Assembly: GCA_051294375.1 (NCBI GenBank)
Contig: JBJCIZ010000239.1
Coordinates: forward strand, 6,743,545 to 6,807,544
Reading direction: 5' to 3'
Origin: Paraspadella gotoi
Taxonomy: Eukaryota > Animalia > Chaetognatha
Length of the DNA: 64,000 nucleotides
Of this stretch, positions 52,301 to 64,000 are shown one piece after another. Numbering within the stretch: position 1 is the stretch's first letter; each line of letters begins with the position of its first letter. The translations under genes and the position numbers were made by a program. Under the pieces are notes generated by a model. The model ran no database searches and was not told the DNA's origin. It worked only from the letters and a program-made list of their open reading frames with translations.

Positions 52301-55063
52301 AGGGACCTCACCGACGCCGCCGCCTCCGCTACCTCCGCCGACGCCGCCGCCGCCTCCGCCACTTCCGCCGACGCCTCCGCCTCCGCCCACGTCACGAATG
52401 AGACGTTCGCCGTCGTCGTCGTCGTCGTCGTTTTGCGACGTGGTTTTTCGTCCCACGCGATCTCCCGTCAAGGATTCTCTCCATCGCTTAATCCTCCTCA
52501 TGTCTGGAGGAAGGAAGTCACGATAAACATTTATAAAAAATTATTAAAAAAAACAAACAATAAACCTAAAGCTAAAAAAATATTTTTAGCATACCACCAC
52601 GAGATGGTTAAATGTAAAATCACGGAAGACGTACCTTCTTTTTAAAAAAAAATTGACGGTAATCAGAAACTTTTACAATTATGCGATGGCAAAGAAAAAA
52701 ATTTTTTTAACATAAAGTTATGATTTTCTGGAATAATTTTAAAAGGACTTTTTCTTTCGATTTTAATTCCGTGCTCTGCGTATCCAACAAAATAAATTGC
52801 TTTACAAAGCGGGAACTCCTTGAAAGTTAAAATAATTCCCGCAGGTTAGGTACCGGGTTGGGATTGAACCCAGTACCTAGTGGTCATGAGCTTACGGCTT
52901 TACTCAATGAGCCTCCGTATCACAACTGAAAGAGTCATGCTTATAGGCGGGGAGAACCTAGGCAATGCCCGACTACATATATGCGTAAAGTAAATAGAAT
53001 TTGGCATAATGTTGAAATAATTAAACTCCCTATTCTGCTTTGGCAAGGATTAGCAGTCTTTTATTTTATTGTTGATAGATTTAGTCGGGTTTTCTTACTA
53101 GAAATATAAAAAATATTAACAACTTTTTTTTAGGATTTTCAAAAAAAAATTATTTAATCTATAATTATTTATTTTTTGTATTTTAGGGGCCCGTCCCGAG
53201 CTCACCATAGAGCCCGGGTCCCTCGGGTTTCTGGAGAGTTTCTACCCCTCTGCACGCCCCTGCTGAAACCCCTCTGCACGCCCCTGCTGAACCCCTCTGC
53301 ACGTCCCTGCTGTACCCCTCTGAAAGCCCCTGCTGAACTCCTCTACACGCCCCTGCTGAACCCCTCTACACGCCCCTGCTGAACCCCTCTGCAAGCCCCT
53401 GCTAAACCCCTCTACACGCCCCTGCTGAACCCCTCTGCACGCCCCTGCTGAACCCCTCTACACGCCCCTGCTGAACCCCTCTACACGCCCCTGCTGAACC
53501 CCTCTACACGCCCCTGATCACAACTTTTGCGAGGACGACTAAATAATATTTAGTTTATTTATAGTAAATATAGAACATCGATCGATTGAAACAGAGGATC
53601 TTTCAATTGTTTGGCCTTCTTTTCCAAAAGCTCCCCATTTTGTTCTCTTAATCCCTAAACTAATTATATTTAACTTTATTTAATTATCAAATCTCTAACA
53701 ATAATCCCTAGACTTAAACCATCATCATTAACCCATCCCCTTAATTCTTAATCCTTAACCTTAACCCATAAACTTAACCCTTATCATTAACCTGATCACT
53801 AAATATACCCAAAACTTAATCCATAACCTAATCCATAACCTAATCCATAACCTAATCCTTTACCATAAACTTTTACCTAATGTTTTAATCCTACAACCTA
53901 ACTACAACTTAATTCTGAATTTAATATAAAATAGGTCGCTCTGGAAAAATAAGGCCAATTGCTTCTAGTAACGACATAATTATTTTTTCTCAACGGAAAT
54001 CAAGGCAGTAGATGTGAATGTCTCGTCATCTACCGAAAAAAAATGAAAACGACAACAACAACAACGACATTTGTTTTGATCTTCGTTGCTAAAATCGCTT
54101 TCTCTCTTGAATGTTTATTCTCTAAAGGTCAGTGACCCATCACTACCAAAACCAACATAAAAATCTTGGTAAAATTTTATTAAAAAAAAAAATTAAAAAA
54201 GAATTATTATCTAATTACCTAAACCCTAAATCACTCTTAACCCCCCCCCCCAATCCCGGTCGGCAAAAGTACTATCTCGGAAAAAAGTATATGACATTGT
54301 TAATAAAAGATATCTACTCAAAAACCTATTCAATTTTTAAAAAATCAGAATGTTTCCGAATTTATATTGAATTTATTTTCTGTAGCTTCCTTTTATTTTT
54401 TTGTATGTCAAATCGTTTAGAAGTTACAAGCAAAAAAATATTGTTACTTCAAATAAAAAATGATAAAAAAAAGATTTAATTTTTTATCATTTTTGAAATT
54501 TAATTATTTGTTTTTATTTTAAATAGAGTTAGTTATTTTTTTAATATTTTTTTAATTTGGCAATGCTAAAGGCCTTGCACCTTTTTCTGGTTTAAAAAAA
54601 ATATTATTATAGCTCTCAGAAAAGAGGGAAAGATAAGCAACATTAATATCGGGGCTGCGCAGAATTGCGTTAAAGATGTCGAAAAACATTTTACTGTCAT
54701 ACCTCAATTTGCTGTATAAGAGCATACCCAGACAAAGGCAGGCACTAATTGAAGCCGAGAAAGGGTATACCAAATATTGAGAATATTATCATAATGTTTT
54801 AATGTTATTGAATAAATGAATTATGTCATATACTTTTTTCCAAGATAGTAAAGTTATGCCAAAATCTTAGCTCTTATGGTAAAGTCGTTCTGGCTGATTG
54901 GGAGATTTTCCATGATCCAACCGACTAAACTCTCATATTGCCCCCCCTCTCCCCCTCTCCTCCTCGTTCACCCCGCATTACATCTTCAGAAGCGACGCGC
55001 AACTCTGACTTCCATCGGGTCAAGATTTGCCCTGACTCATTCGATCTCTGCGCCTTCAACATG
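38856..55063 (-). CDS. Large multi-exon gene (possibly more than one) encoding a mostly low-complexity, disordered protein
   Basis: GC-rich minus-strand blocks, several with plausible GT/AG edges, at about 54983-55063, 52227-52503, 49266-50120, 47690-47960, 46704-46826, 44430-44580, 42650-42950, 41250-41770, 40444-40950, 39270-39570 and a last exon 38856-39073 (GCEGPRFNWVAGISRAYVDRAFNDKQKEYMYRYCLTRMEERVPCCYEVD...GK*). The full exon chain was not verified. Confidence 0.5.
39752..39989 (+). mobile_element. Family A SINE-like repeat, second copy
   Basis: Matches 2041-2286 with a short internal deletion after GGTTCTAGC. Confidence 0.65.
42028..42483. mobile_element. Inverted pair of a ~110-bp short repeat (family D), MITE-like
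   Basis: TGTAAGAG...CCTGTCCAAA...GCAAGATAGCTTATTTATT...ATTGGTTGTA is mirrored at 42349-42483. Solo or partial copies lie at ~2674-2781, 11905-11965, 22591-22635, 59962-60050 and 62070-62152. Confidence 0.6.
44630..46130. mobile_element. MITE family C (GGCC..TTTTCCAAAAGCGCCCCATTT-type TIRs, telomere-like hexamer interior), long copy
   Basis: Left end GGCGATTTTCTCAAAACGCCCCATTT, right end AAATAGGGGCGCTTTGGGAAAAGAGAGCC. Degenerate TTAGGG/GGTTAA hexamers lie next to both ends. Confidence 0.55.
50151..50708 (+). mobile_element. Internally deleted Tc1/mariner element retaining the transposase N-terminal HTH region
   Basis: Perfect 25-bp TIRs ACATCTGGCCCATAATTATTGAGAC (50151-50175 and 50684-50708), each flanked by TA. 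The internal ORF (50195-50557) has a paired-like HTH and the GRPRK motif, but no DDE domain. Confidence 0.88.
51119..51260. repeat. ~140-bp AT-rich palindrome (hairpin MITE-like)
   Basis: ATTTTCAATATGAGAAAAACTGTGCTACGTACAAAA... is the reverse complement of ...TTTTGTACGTAGCACAGTATTTTTCATATTGAAAAT around a short loop. Confidence 0.75.
53246..53517. repeat. Minisatellite, ~12 copies of 23-bp CCCCTGCTGAACCCCTCTACACG
   Basis: Contiguous tandem units with no unique spacers. Confidence 0.9.
53613..53956. mobile_element. MITE family C, compact copy
   Basis: GGCCTTCTTTTCCAAAAGCTCCCCATTT ... AAATAGGTCGCTCTGGAAAAATAAGGCC with a CCTAAT/CCATAA/CTTAAC hexamer interior. Related copies at 47126-47364, ~51955-52199, ~57945-58114 and ~62515-62792. 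Confidence 0.65.
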
Positions 55064-55726
55064 ATCGTCGAAGACGATGCGGCCGCAAAGTCTTCAAAAA
55101 CGACGACGCCGTTCGGGTGTGCCTCCACCGAAGGCAACGTCCAACCGGTTCGTCGCTCAGACTTTCAAAGTTGAAATGACTTTTTTAATGGAGAATTATA
55201 TATCCAGAAAGATACGATTTGCTATATATTGATTAAAATTATGTTAAATATGAATGATTCAGCATAAACTTTCTGGTCATTCGATCATATTTTCAGGTGA
55301 TCTAGAAACTGTAGACTACAGTGCAAAACTATGAAGCATAATAGCTTATGCGCATTAAACAGGTCCTTTTAAGTAATATCAAAGATTATGCATGATTAGT
55401 TGATTACCCGAAACGTAAGAGGAAAGGACCAACTGACAGACGGACAGACAGACCGTCTTAACAAATTCTTGGCAAGCACTGGCGGAGTAAATAATAACAC
55501 CGAAATTTCAACGAGCAGCTCTTTGCTCTTCTGTTTATTGTAATCTTCCCTCCCTCCACCGATAGGGGCGCTGCTACGCGACGGGAAATATCTCGGAGAA
55601 CAAATTCATCTGCTTTTGCGAGCAAAATATGTGCAACGAGGGAATAATGACCTCAGAACAAAACAATTTGTTTTTTATGCTCATTTGTTTTGTTTTGAAA
55701 CAGATGTCGCTACGAACTTGAGAGTA

Positions 55727-56552
55727 CCTCGTGAGCCAGAACGGATGGCACTAAGTAAAAATTTATTACACCGAAACTACTTAATAAAAGTTAACTTATT
55801 ATATGTCATTTGATAGAAAAGTCCTTGACGTTTTTAAAAAGCACCATATTTATGCAAAACTGACTTAGGGTATGCTCATTATGTTCTCCTTTTGTAAGAG
55901 GCAAAAAATTTGATACCTAAAATTCAATATGATTGAGAAAAAAACGTTGCCAGTAATCTGCTGCATTTTTGTTTCTACAATCTGATTCAGCGCAGTTAAC
56001 GACTTGGGTTTTTGCCAACACATCTAATTAATGTTACCCCAGTACCAAAAATAAAATAAAGACGTCTAGGCTTGATGAGAGCGAATTTGTTGTTGTTGAG
56101 AAGGTTGTTCCATTTGTTGTGAATCATCTTGGTGTACCATCCTGCCACAACCATCTTTTTAGTGTAAAGGTGGTTCTTTCAGCCTCTGGTCAGCCCTACT
56201 CCTCCAACTTCTGCACTTAGGAGCCTCCGCTTATCCTGGGTGAACCTTTCCACACGCTGGTGGATTTTCGAAATCTGAGATTTGTTGAAACAGAATGCAT
56301 AGATTGCCTGATCTTAGGCGGCAAAAACCTTTTTCCTCAGAACTTAGTGCTTCTGGTTCCCATTAATGTTTAACTTTTGATACAATTTTCCTCTCATCTT
56401 GGATGCTGAATGGCAGGTAATCGCCACGCGGAATTTTTGGTGAAAGATTCAAACTGACGATTTTGAGATTTCAATATGCTTCATAAAATTTCATAGAATA
56501 CATAGAAGAATGGCAGCGATTTTATTAGTGCCATTCGTTCTGGCTCACGGGG
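55727..56552. mobile_element. Degenerate Tc1/mariner-type non-autonomous element
   Basis: Imperfect ~28-bp TIRs (CCTCGTGAGCCAGAACGGATGGCACTAA / TTAGTGCCATTCGTTCTGGCTCACGGGG), flanked by TA on both sides. Confidence 0.65.
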
Positions 56553-57617
56553 TAAAACGGGACGTAAAATAAGTAGATTTGATTCACGTGTCACTATTAA
56601 GCTACAATTTGTTACGTACTAATTATTTCAACTTGTTCGCAAATTATCTGGTCTTGTTTATGGCCAAAGATTATATTCTGCTTATAAGTTTATGTAAGAG
56701 CAACTTTTCGATAAATTTGGACTATTTATTTTAATCACCTTAAGTACCAAAGACGAAAAATTAGCAATAAAATAACTCCGAATTTTTAGCTACTATATGA
56801 GAAATTCGATTTTTAAAATAACGAATGAATGAAATCGTTTTTAGAAAAAAATGAAGGATTGAAATAAAACAAAGAGTCGTCATCTAGATAATTTGTGCTC
56901 AAAGTTTTAGTATAACGACTCGAAAATGCCCAACTATATAGTTGCTATCATTATAGGAAGATAGAAGTAACTTTTTTACAAAATTAATCATGCGGGAAAC
57001 ATTTTATGAGTGGGCGATATCTACTAAGTTGTGAAAAATTATTATGTAAACATTTTGACGAAAACAGTAGCTATTGGACTAGACGAAATTTTTTGAAATT
57101 GTTAAGAAAAAATAAAACGACGAAAAATTAAAAAGAGTCACTGATAAAAATTATATTATGTGATAAACGACATTGCAAGTGAGAGAAAAAGCTAATTCAA
57201 TGTCAAATTATATGTAATGATAAACAAACAGACGTATACGCAATCATTACTGAATCGTTTTAATATCCCCGAGTAATATTTTTTTTTCTAGATAAAAATG
57301 ATCAAAGTTTGACAATTTTTTGACACCATTTTCTAAAAGCGCTAAATCTATTGTCACTAATCCCAAACTTAAGTCCTAACCGACTTTTTATCCTCAACCC
57401 TAATTCTAAACCTTAGTCCTCAACTTTAAAATTACAATTAATTATTTAGCTTAATCATTAACCCAAATCAACTTTAATAATTGAATATAAAATTGAAAAT
57501 GGTAATTTTTTTAAATTTTTTTGTCTCGGTAATCGGTATAATTTTTTTTTCCCCCCGACATTCATTGATGTCTCGAAAAATGAATCAAGTTTGGACTCGT
57601 CCGCGCCAGATATAAGA

Positions 57618-58354
57618 TTAATTTTTGGGCGTGTCGGCCGCTCCCATGCTGCTGATTCCTTTGCCGATGTCCGTCCCTGTTTTGGGCAGTGGAAGCGACG
57701 GAACCAAACCGATTCCCTGAGAAGTTTGGAAGAAAAATTCATTTTTAATTTTGATTTAAGACAATGAGCTCCTTGACGAAGGCAGGTTGCGTGACAGAAG
57801 AAACTTTGAGTTTGACAATATTCCCTTTCATCCGAATTGCTACTTTCGGATATATAATTCTTTCCCTCGTTCGAATAATATTGCAGGTTTCTTCGAACTA
57901 TTGCCCGTTTTATCTTAACTTGCTTTTTCGCTGTTAACAATACTGACTAACTTTTCCAAAAAGAGCATCTGAATTTAATTTTAACCCAAATCTGTTTAAA
58001 AACTAAAAACCCAATCTAACCTTAATTCTTAACCCTGATCTCTAAACTAATCTTTAAAACTTAAACTTTATTCCGAATTTGTAATGAAATGGGACGTTTG
58101 GGGAAAATAAGGCCAAAATACTTTTGTTTCCCCCTCAGACTTATCTGCAAGAAATACTGCAATCTCTCTTACGTACCTGCAAGAAATACTGTAATCCTTC
58201 GGCGAGCTTGACAGGAGCTTCAGCCAAAATATTGGCCACGTCCGAAATTTCTAGGAGAGTCGCCTTCTGTTTGTTGTCCAACTTGTTGTACATTGTGTGG
58301 ACCTAAGGGATAAAAAAAAACGAAAATTACGTCCTGCACCTCGAAAATTTTAAC

Positions 58355-58427
<73 letters not shown>

Positions 58428-60508
58428 CGAGAGAGCGAGGGAGCGAGCGCGCGCAAAGAATCTTCGGTCCAAAATAGATCATAATTTTAACGTTTTTCAT
58501 TACTTTTGTAAGTATGCGCCAATTTGATTCGTGATCTGAAAATAGCGCCGACTCTAACGCATGTTTAAAATATAACCAATTTTACAATAAACTTAAAAAT
58601 TTAATTTAAAAGTAATTTTTGTTGTTGTTTTAATAGCGTTAGCCTTATCAATTCACAGTCACAACCGTCCCTCCGTCTCACCGTGTGATTGAAGGATGCT
58701 TCCTTTCCCGTGACCAGCAAGACGTTGGCCCTCATCCCGTTCAACTCGGCGGCCGTGAGTTCCGTTCGACGCTTGAAGGATTCGACGAACGCGCGGAGGT
58801 TGTGCGCGTTGCGTTTGTGGTAGAGTCGATCAGTGAAGTTCTTGATGACGGCGTCGATCTCGCCCGTAGTTTTGGCGCCTGACGACAGAGGGACTCGCCT
58901 CTCAATTCTTCTATATATATATCTATCTTTCCCATCTTTAAATTCTTTTTTTCCCCTTGACTCAGTTTGCTCTCTTTCTGTATCCTTTTCCTTTCTTTTT
59001 TCGCCTCTCTTCTCCCTTTTCTCCCTTTTAAATTCCCCCTCCGCCCCCACACCTTGGATCTGATGCGTGCCGAACCGGTGAAGCACCAAGTAGCTCTCAA
59101 CCGAAGGGTCCATCCCGATGTGATCCAACTTCCAGGTTAGTACGGAGTCTCTCGCCACTTCCATGAATCCCGCCGTCGTGGAGGTGCAATGGATGAGGCA
59201 GAGGCCGAGGCACCTGTCGGGGTGCAACAGGCCGAACCGAGCCAGGATGTTGGCACCTGGAAAAATAAAGGGAATTCAAATCCTTCGTCGCGCAGCGTAT
59301 TTTAGATTCGCGCGGAATTTGAAATCGTCTTTTTTTGGTTCCATTGGGATTCNNNNNNNNNNGTAGCGCTGGTAGTCGTTTAGATTGGAATCGGCGAAAA
59401 TAACAAAAGAGCAACCAAATTTAAACGCATTAAATTAATTTAATTTAAATAATTTACGTTATACTTCCGTAGTTTCTACGACCATAGTTTTGGCGAAATG
59501 TGTCCGAAAAAAAATAATTAGAGTTGTTCCCTTTGAAACTATTGTATTTTTGACTGTCGTAATTATTTGTAATTTGCGACCCATGGCCTTCCGGCCCGTC
59601 TAAAGAAATAAAACCAAACCTAACCTAAATTTATGGTCTTGATATCGCTTTTTAAGTATTAATCTACAGACCGACCGACCGACAAGTGACTTATTGAGTT
59701 GCTATTTAAGTTTATTTGAGTATTAGTGGCGCAACTAAAAATAAAGTTATACGATTTCTGAAGATTATATTTTTATCTCTTACGCTTCGTTCGATTCCTT
59801 TAGGGCCCAAAGTAATTAGGAAGAAAAAGAAAAGTGGGGGAAAATAATCAATATTGAAATATTAAAATATTTACTTCAGTGATACTGGTAGGGAAGCCTG
59901 GTACTCTGGGAGTGAATAAACGAGACTGTGAGAGAGTCTTAATTGAAAACTTGCATTATTTTGTAAGAGTGTAAGCCAGTCCTAAGTCAGGGGCAATATA
60001 GCTTATTTATTAAAGGAATGGATAATTTTGTATCAGTTGTACAAATTTTATTAAATATTCATTAATATCTAATATCTAATGATATGTTATCAATTATATA
60101 TTCAATTATATAATATATATATTAATCAACGTTTACGAGACAATGAGACATCCCCAGAGAGTTGCCTCACCCTATTTTTTGTACAAAATCTACACGTTTC
60201 TTTTTCTTTGCAAATCCCTCCCCTTTCTCTTCACCCGTTCATCGTAAAGCCGCTCCCCCCAATTTACCCTCCCTAACTACCCCTCCCCCAACCCCGTCCC
60301 CGCCTCACCTGCTCCTTCCCCCAACCCGACGGCGGCGGCGACATTGAAATAGTCTAGGACATCCTTGATGGCTCCGCCAACTTCGGTGATGGACGGGAAT
60401 CGGTGAACGTCGGGGGCGTCTTCTTCCTGCCCGGGCACGTCCACGTGGATGAAGGTGACTCGTTGGCGGATGCCCGTCATGCAATCGTGATCCGTGAACC
60501 ACTTCACG
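57618..60508 (-). CDS. NDRG-family alpha/beta-hydrolase-fold protein (ZK1073.1/CG2082-like), 3' five exons; 5' exons not identified
   Basis: Spliced translation: ...FIHVDVPGQEEDAPD...VLDYFNVAAAVGLGEGAGANILARFGLLHPDRCLGLCLIHCTSTTAG...YLVLHRFG...NLRAFVESFKRRTEL...VLLVTGKEASFNHTVHTMY...ATLLEISDVANILAEAPVKLAEGLQYFLQ|GIGLVPSLP...SSMGAADTPKN*. The last exon is 57618-57716. Confidence 0.88.
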
Positions 60509-61390
60509 CTGGCCGGGGGGGGGGAGAGGAAGCGAAGGAGGGGGAGAGTCAAGAAGTTGGGAATATTGAACAATTTTCAAAATCTTTAAAAACATTCCGT
60601 ATTTAACTATTAGTGATCAAACGGGTTGCCTGTGATGCTCAGCGGAAATGGCACGAAAGAAAGAGCATTCAAGGTTCCACCCGATATCAATCTTTATGGG
60701 TCGAAAAGACCATTTTCTACGGAATAGCTTTTCTTTTTCCTTTTCTTCTCCTTTCATTTCATTTTTCTTTCTTTTTCCTTTCATTTCATTTTTATTTCTT
60801 TTTCCTTTCCTTTCATTTCATTTTTCTTTCATTTTCCTTTCCTCTTTCCATTTCCCATTTTTCTTTCCTTTTATTTCCTTTTCTTCTCTCAAGACACTTG
60901 GCTTCCCGTGTCATTTTCTCTTAAAAGGTCATTTCCTCTCAAGTTCGACCAATAAGACTCGTGTCATTGAGCGGAGAGAGAGAGAGGGAGAGAGAGGGAG
61001 AGAGAGAGAGAAAGAGAGAGGGAGAGAGAGGTCGAATTTCATTCAAGTGACACGAGCTTCTGCCATTTCGTCACGTCTTTCCTCCCCCGGATGTGGATTG
61101 AAGAATCCAGGATGTAATTGAAGTGAAGAGGCATAGCGCGGAAACTGTCAAACAACTGCGACTAATTGCGGTAGAGGAGAGAGGGAGAGGGGGAGAGAGA
61201 GGGGGAAAGAGAGAGGGGGAAAGAGAGAGAGGGAGAGAGGGAGAGGGGGAGAGAGGGAGGTGAAGCGACTAAACAAGGGTGGAAGGAATGGACTGAAGGA
61301 GGTTTAAAAAGAAGATAAACCTGAGAAATTGTGCATATGAAGCGGGCATTACCCACGTTCACGCCGCAATTAATCATCGTTCCCTTCGAC

Positions 61391-61463
61391 GTGACCCGGT
61401 AGCTAATTGAGCAAAAGCTTCCGCTCATGACCACTAGGTACCGGGTTCAATCCCAACTCGCCA
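61391..61463 (+). pseudogene. tRNA-like (Met/CAT) pseudogene or SINE head
   Basis: GGTAGCTAATTGAG (A-box-like), CTCATGA loop and GGTTCAATCCC (B-box), but the stems are imperfect. A related inverted copy lies at ~52850-52915. Confidence 0.45.
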
Positions 61464-62435
61464 CGAGAAGAAAATATAGTAAACTGTAGAGCAGGAAATG
61501 TGTAGGGGATGGATTAAAGTACGGACGGAAAAAAGTAAGTTTAAATAATGAAAAGAATCAGAAATATAAAGTAGGATGGAGAGTGAAAAAAAAGTATATC
61601 GGGGATTAAGAGGGGTTTAAATAAAGTTGGGAAGAGGGATAGAAGGATAGGGGAAGAGGGATAGAAAGATGGGAGAAGATAGATAGAGAGAAAAAAAGTT
61701 CGCTCTACATTTTACATCGATTTTCGAAGTCGTTTGTCGACGTCGTCTTCGCAGAGATAAAGTGACGCTGATGATTGAGCGAAAATTCGGTCAACTCGGT
61801 TTGTGAAGCGAGGTTAAAAGAAAAAAAAACAAAAGCATTCTGTTGAGAGAAATATCGAAATTTGACTTATATTTTTATGTTTAACGCGAAGATGATAATG
61901 GATAAAAAAAAAGGTTCATTGATTTGGTCGAAACCGATTCGGGGCCTGTAAATAGATATTATATATCATATTATATTTATTATTATTTATTTAATATTAA
62001 ATTTATATTTATTATAATATATATAATATAATTTGTAATTATTATATACAGTTTATACACCAAACCAAAACCTGTCCAAAGTCAAGGACAAGATAACTTA
62101 TTTATTAAATGAATGGATTGAATAATTTCTATATTGGTTCAACCAATTTCATACAGTATACTTACTCTTTTCTCTCTTCCTTCTCTTTTTCTTCCTCCCC
62201 CTTTCTCCTTCCCTCCACTTTCTCTCCTTTCCTCCATTTTCTTTTCTCACGCTGTGACGACTCGCTTCCCTTCTGTCTCACCGTCTCCTCCGATCTCACT
62301 TGTCACTTTTCACTCTTCAGTGACTCGGAACTTTTTGATCCCTTTCCTGTTCATTCGTGACTTGACTTGCAACTCAACTCGCTCTCTCTTTTTCTCTCCC
62401 TCTCTCTCTCAGTCTTTGTTCTTACTATGAGTATA

Positions 62436-62473
<38 letters not shown>

Positions 62474-64000
62474 GAATCAAAACACATTCGAAGCAGAGTA
62501 AACAGTTGATCTTTCGTGACATTTTCAAATTCACTTTTTAGTTTTTGAACCGAGAGATTCTTAATCTTTCATCATATTTAAAATTTAATATCTAATTTAA
62601 ATTTAAAAAAATATAATCTAATCCTTTACCATAATCCCTAACATAATACCTAACTTGAATCCATAACTCTATAATAACCTTATTTTCTAACAAACCCTTA
62701 TCCTTAACTCTAATATCTAACAAAACTTTAACCACATCTCAAATCAAATTAAATTCCGGTTTAAAGTTGATTGAGGCGCTATCGGAAAGAGGCAACGTCT
62801 GCTACTTTCATCTATCTCGGACTCGCGCTGCATCGACGCTTTTCTTCTCTCGAAAAAAAAGGGGGCGGTGGGGTGGCAGGTAGGGGGCGGCGGGCGTGCG
62901 GGCAGGGGTGGTGGGAGGACGGGTAAGGCGGGTGGGAGGGACGGGCAGGGGGCGCGAGAGATAAGCAGCATGGGCAAGCTTCAAACTGCTTGAAATAAAT
63001 CGTTAAGGACAAACGCACAAATAATTCATCCCGCGGAAATAAAAGAATAAACAAATACAAGACGAAAAGGATCGAACCCGGCGACCACAACGAAAAAAAC
63101 CGGCCGATTTATCTACTGAGCCACAGTTCAGCAAAATGAGGAGGAGCGCCAGGGAAAAGGAGAAGGGGGGGAAGCGTAAGATGAAGGGAAATGCGGTTCG
63201 TCCTAGTTTCACCGGCATTCGTCACTGTCGACCATTGCAGATCTCTCTTTCGCTCTATCTCTCTTTCGCTCTATCTCTCTCTCTCTCTCTCTCTCCTTAA
63301 TGACACGCCGCGTATTGCTATTGGTTAAATTTGAGAGGATATTGCCTTTTTCTCTCTCTCTCTCTTTCCCTCTCTCTTTCTCTCTACGTCGTTTTTTCGC
63401 GCTTACTTTTTCTGTCCGTCTCGCTCTCTCTCGTTCTCCCTCTTTCCCTCTCTCCTTCTCTTTAAATATTTGCTCAGATTCTGAATATTTTTCAATTAAT
63501 CATTCTTATCTTACGCCTCTACTAACTTACTAAGCCGCCTCAGCTAATAGGATCTTTCTCAACCCTACTTTTAAAAAGGCCTCTCAGCTGCCTTTCCGTC
63601 TTCCCTAGTTCATCCACGGCTACTTTTACTATATAAAATATACTATATCTAAAAATAACTTGCGTAGATTTTTAAAATTCCCAAAAATGATCGACTGCTT
63701 GGTTGTTGTTTCGATGAATTTTGTCTTGGTTGAAAATTGAAAATTGAAATTCAATATTCGCTCATGAACCTGCACACCAGCGACAATTGTAATGAATAAT
63801 ATACTAGAAATATACTAGAAATAACTTTACATATTGCGAGAATTTTTCTTAAATCTTAACAATGTAACATCCTCCGGGTTTATAAATAGAAATGATCCGT
63901 CGCTTTTATGACGTCATTTATCGTCTCTTTGCAGATGCGCGACACACACACACGCTCTCTCTCTCTCTCTCTCTCTCTCTCACAGTACATTAAAGGCCTT

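Noticed and set aside
53246-53517. Regular 23-bp repeats as a CRISPR array
   Set aside because: The units are contiguous with no unique spacers, there are no cas genes and the context is eukaryotic. This is a minisatellite.
38856-57617. Low-complexity minus-strand exons as a giant C-terminal extension of the NDRG-like protein
   Set aside because: The NDRG-like gene has its own terminal exon (57618-57716) with a family-like tail and a stop codon.

Overview
Intron-rich eukaryotic DNA, almost certainly from an invertebrate animal (GC/CpG-rich exons, AT-rich introns, many (AG)n microsatellites, four N gaps). The first 25 kb is the main result: seven genes lie head-to-tail on the + strand with only 173-395 bp between stop and next start. 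They are MCM10 (3' end only), MCM4, RFC4, RPA2, PRIM1, an unrecognised 2-exon gene of ~330 aa, and SMC4. Six of the seven are non-paralogous core DNA-replication or chromosome-condensation genes, so this looks like a functionally coherent eukaryotic 'replisome operon', possibly a polycistronic unit resolved by SL trans-splicing (inferred, not shown). The rest of the window is gene-sparse. It holds a 4.8-kb tandem duplication bounded by 25-N gaps (probably an assembly artefact), a fukutin/LicD-like gene with an in-frame TGA, a large low-complexity minus-strand gene, the 3' part of an NDRG/ZK1073.1-like gene, and several MITE, SINE and Tc1 remnants. Gene identities come from recalled protein motifs after manual splicing; no database search was run.
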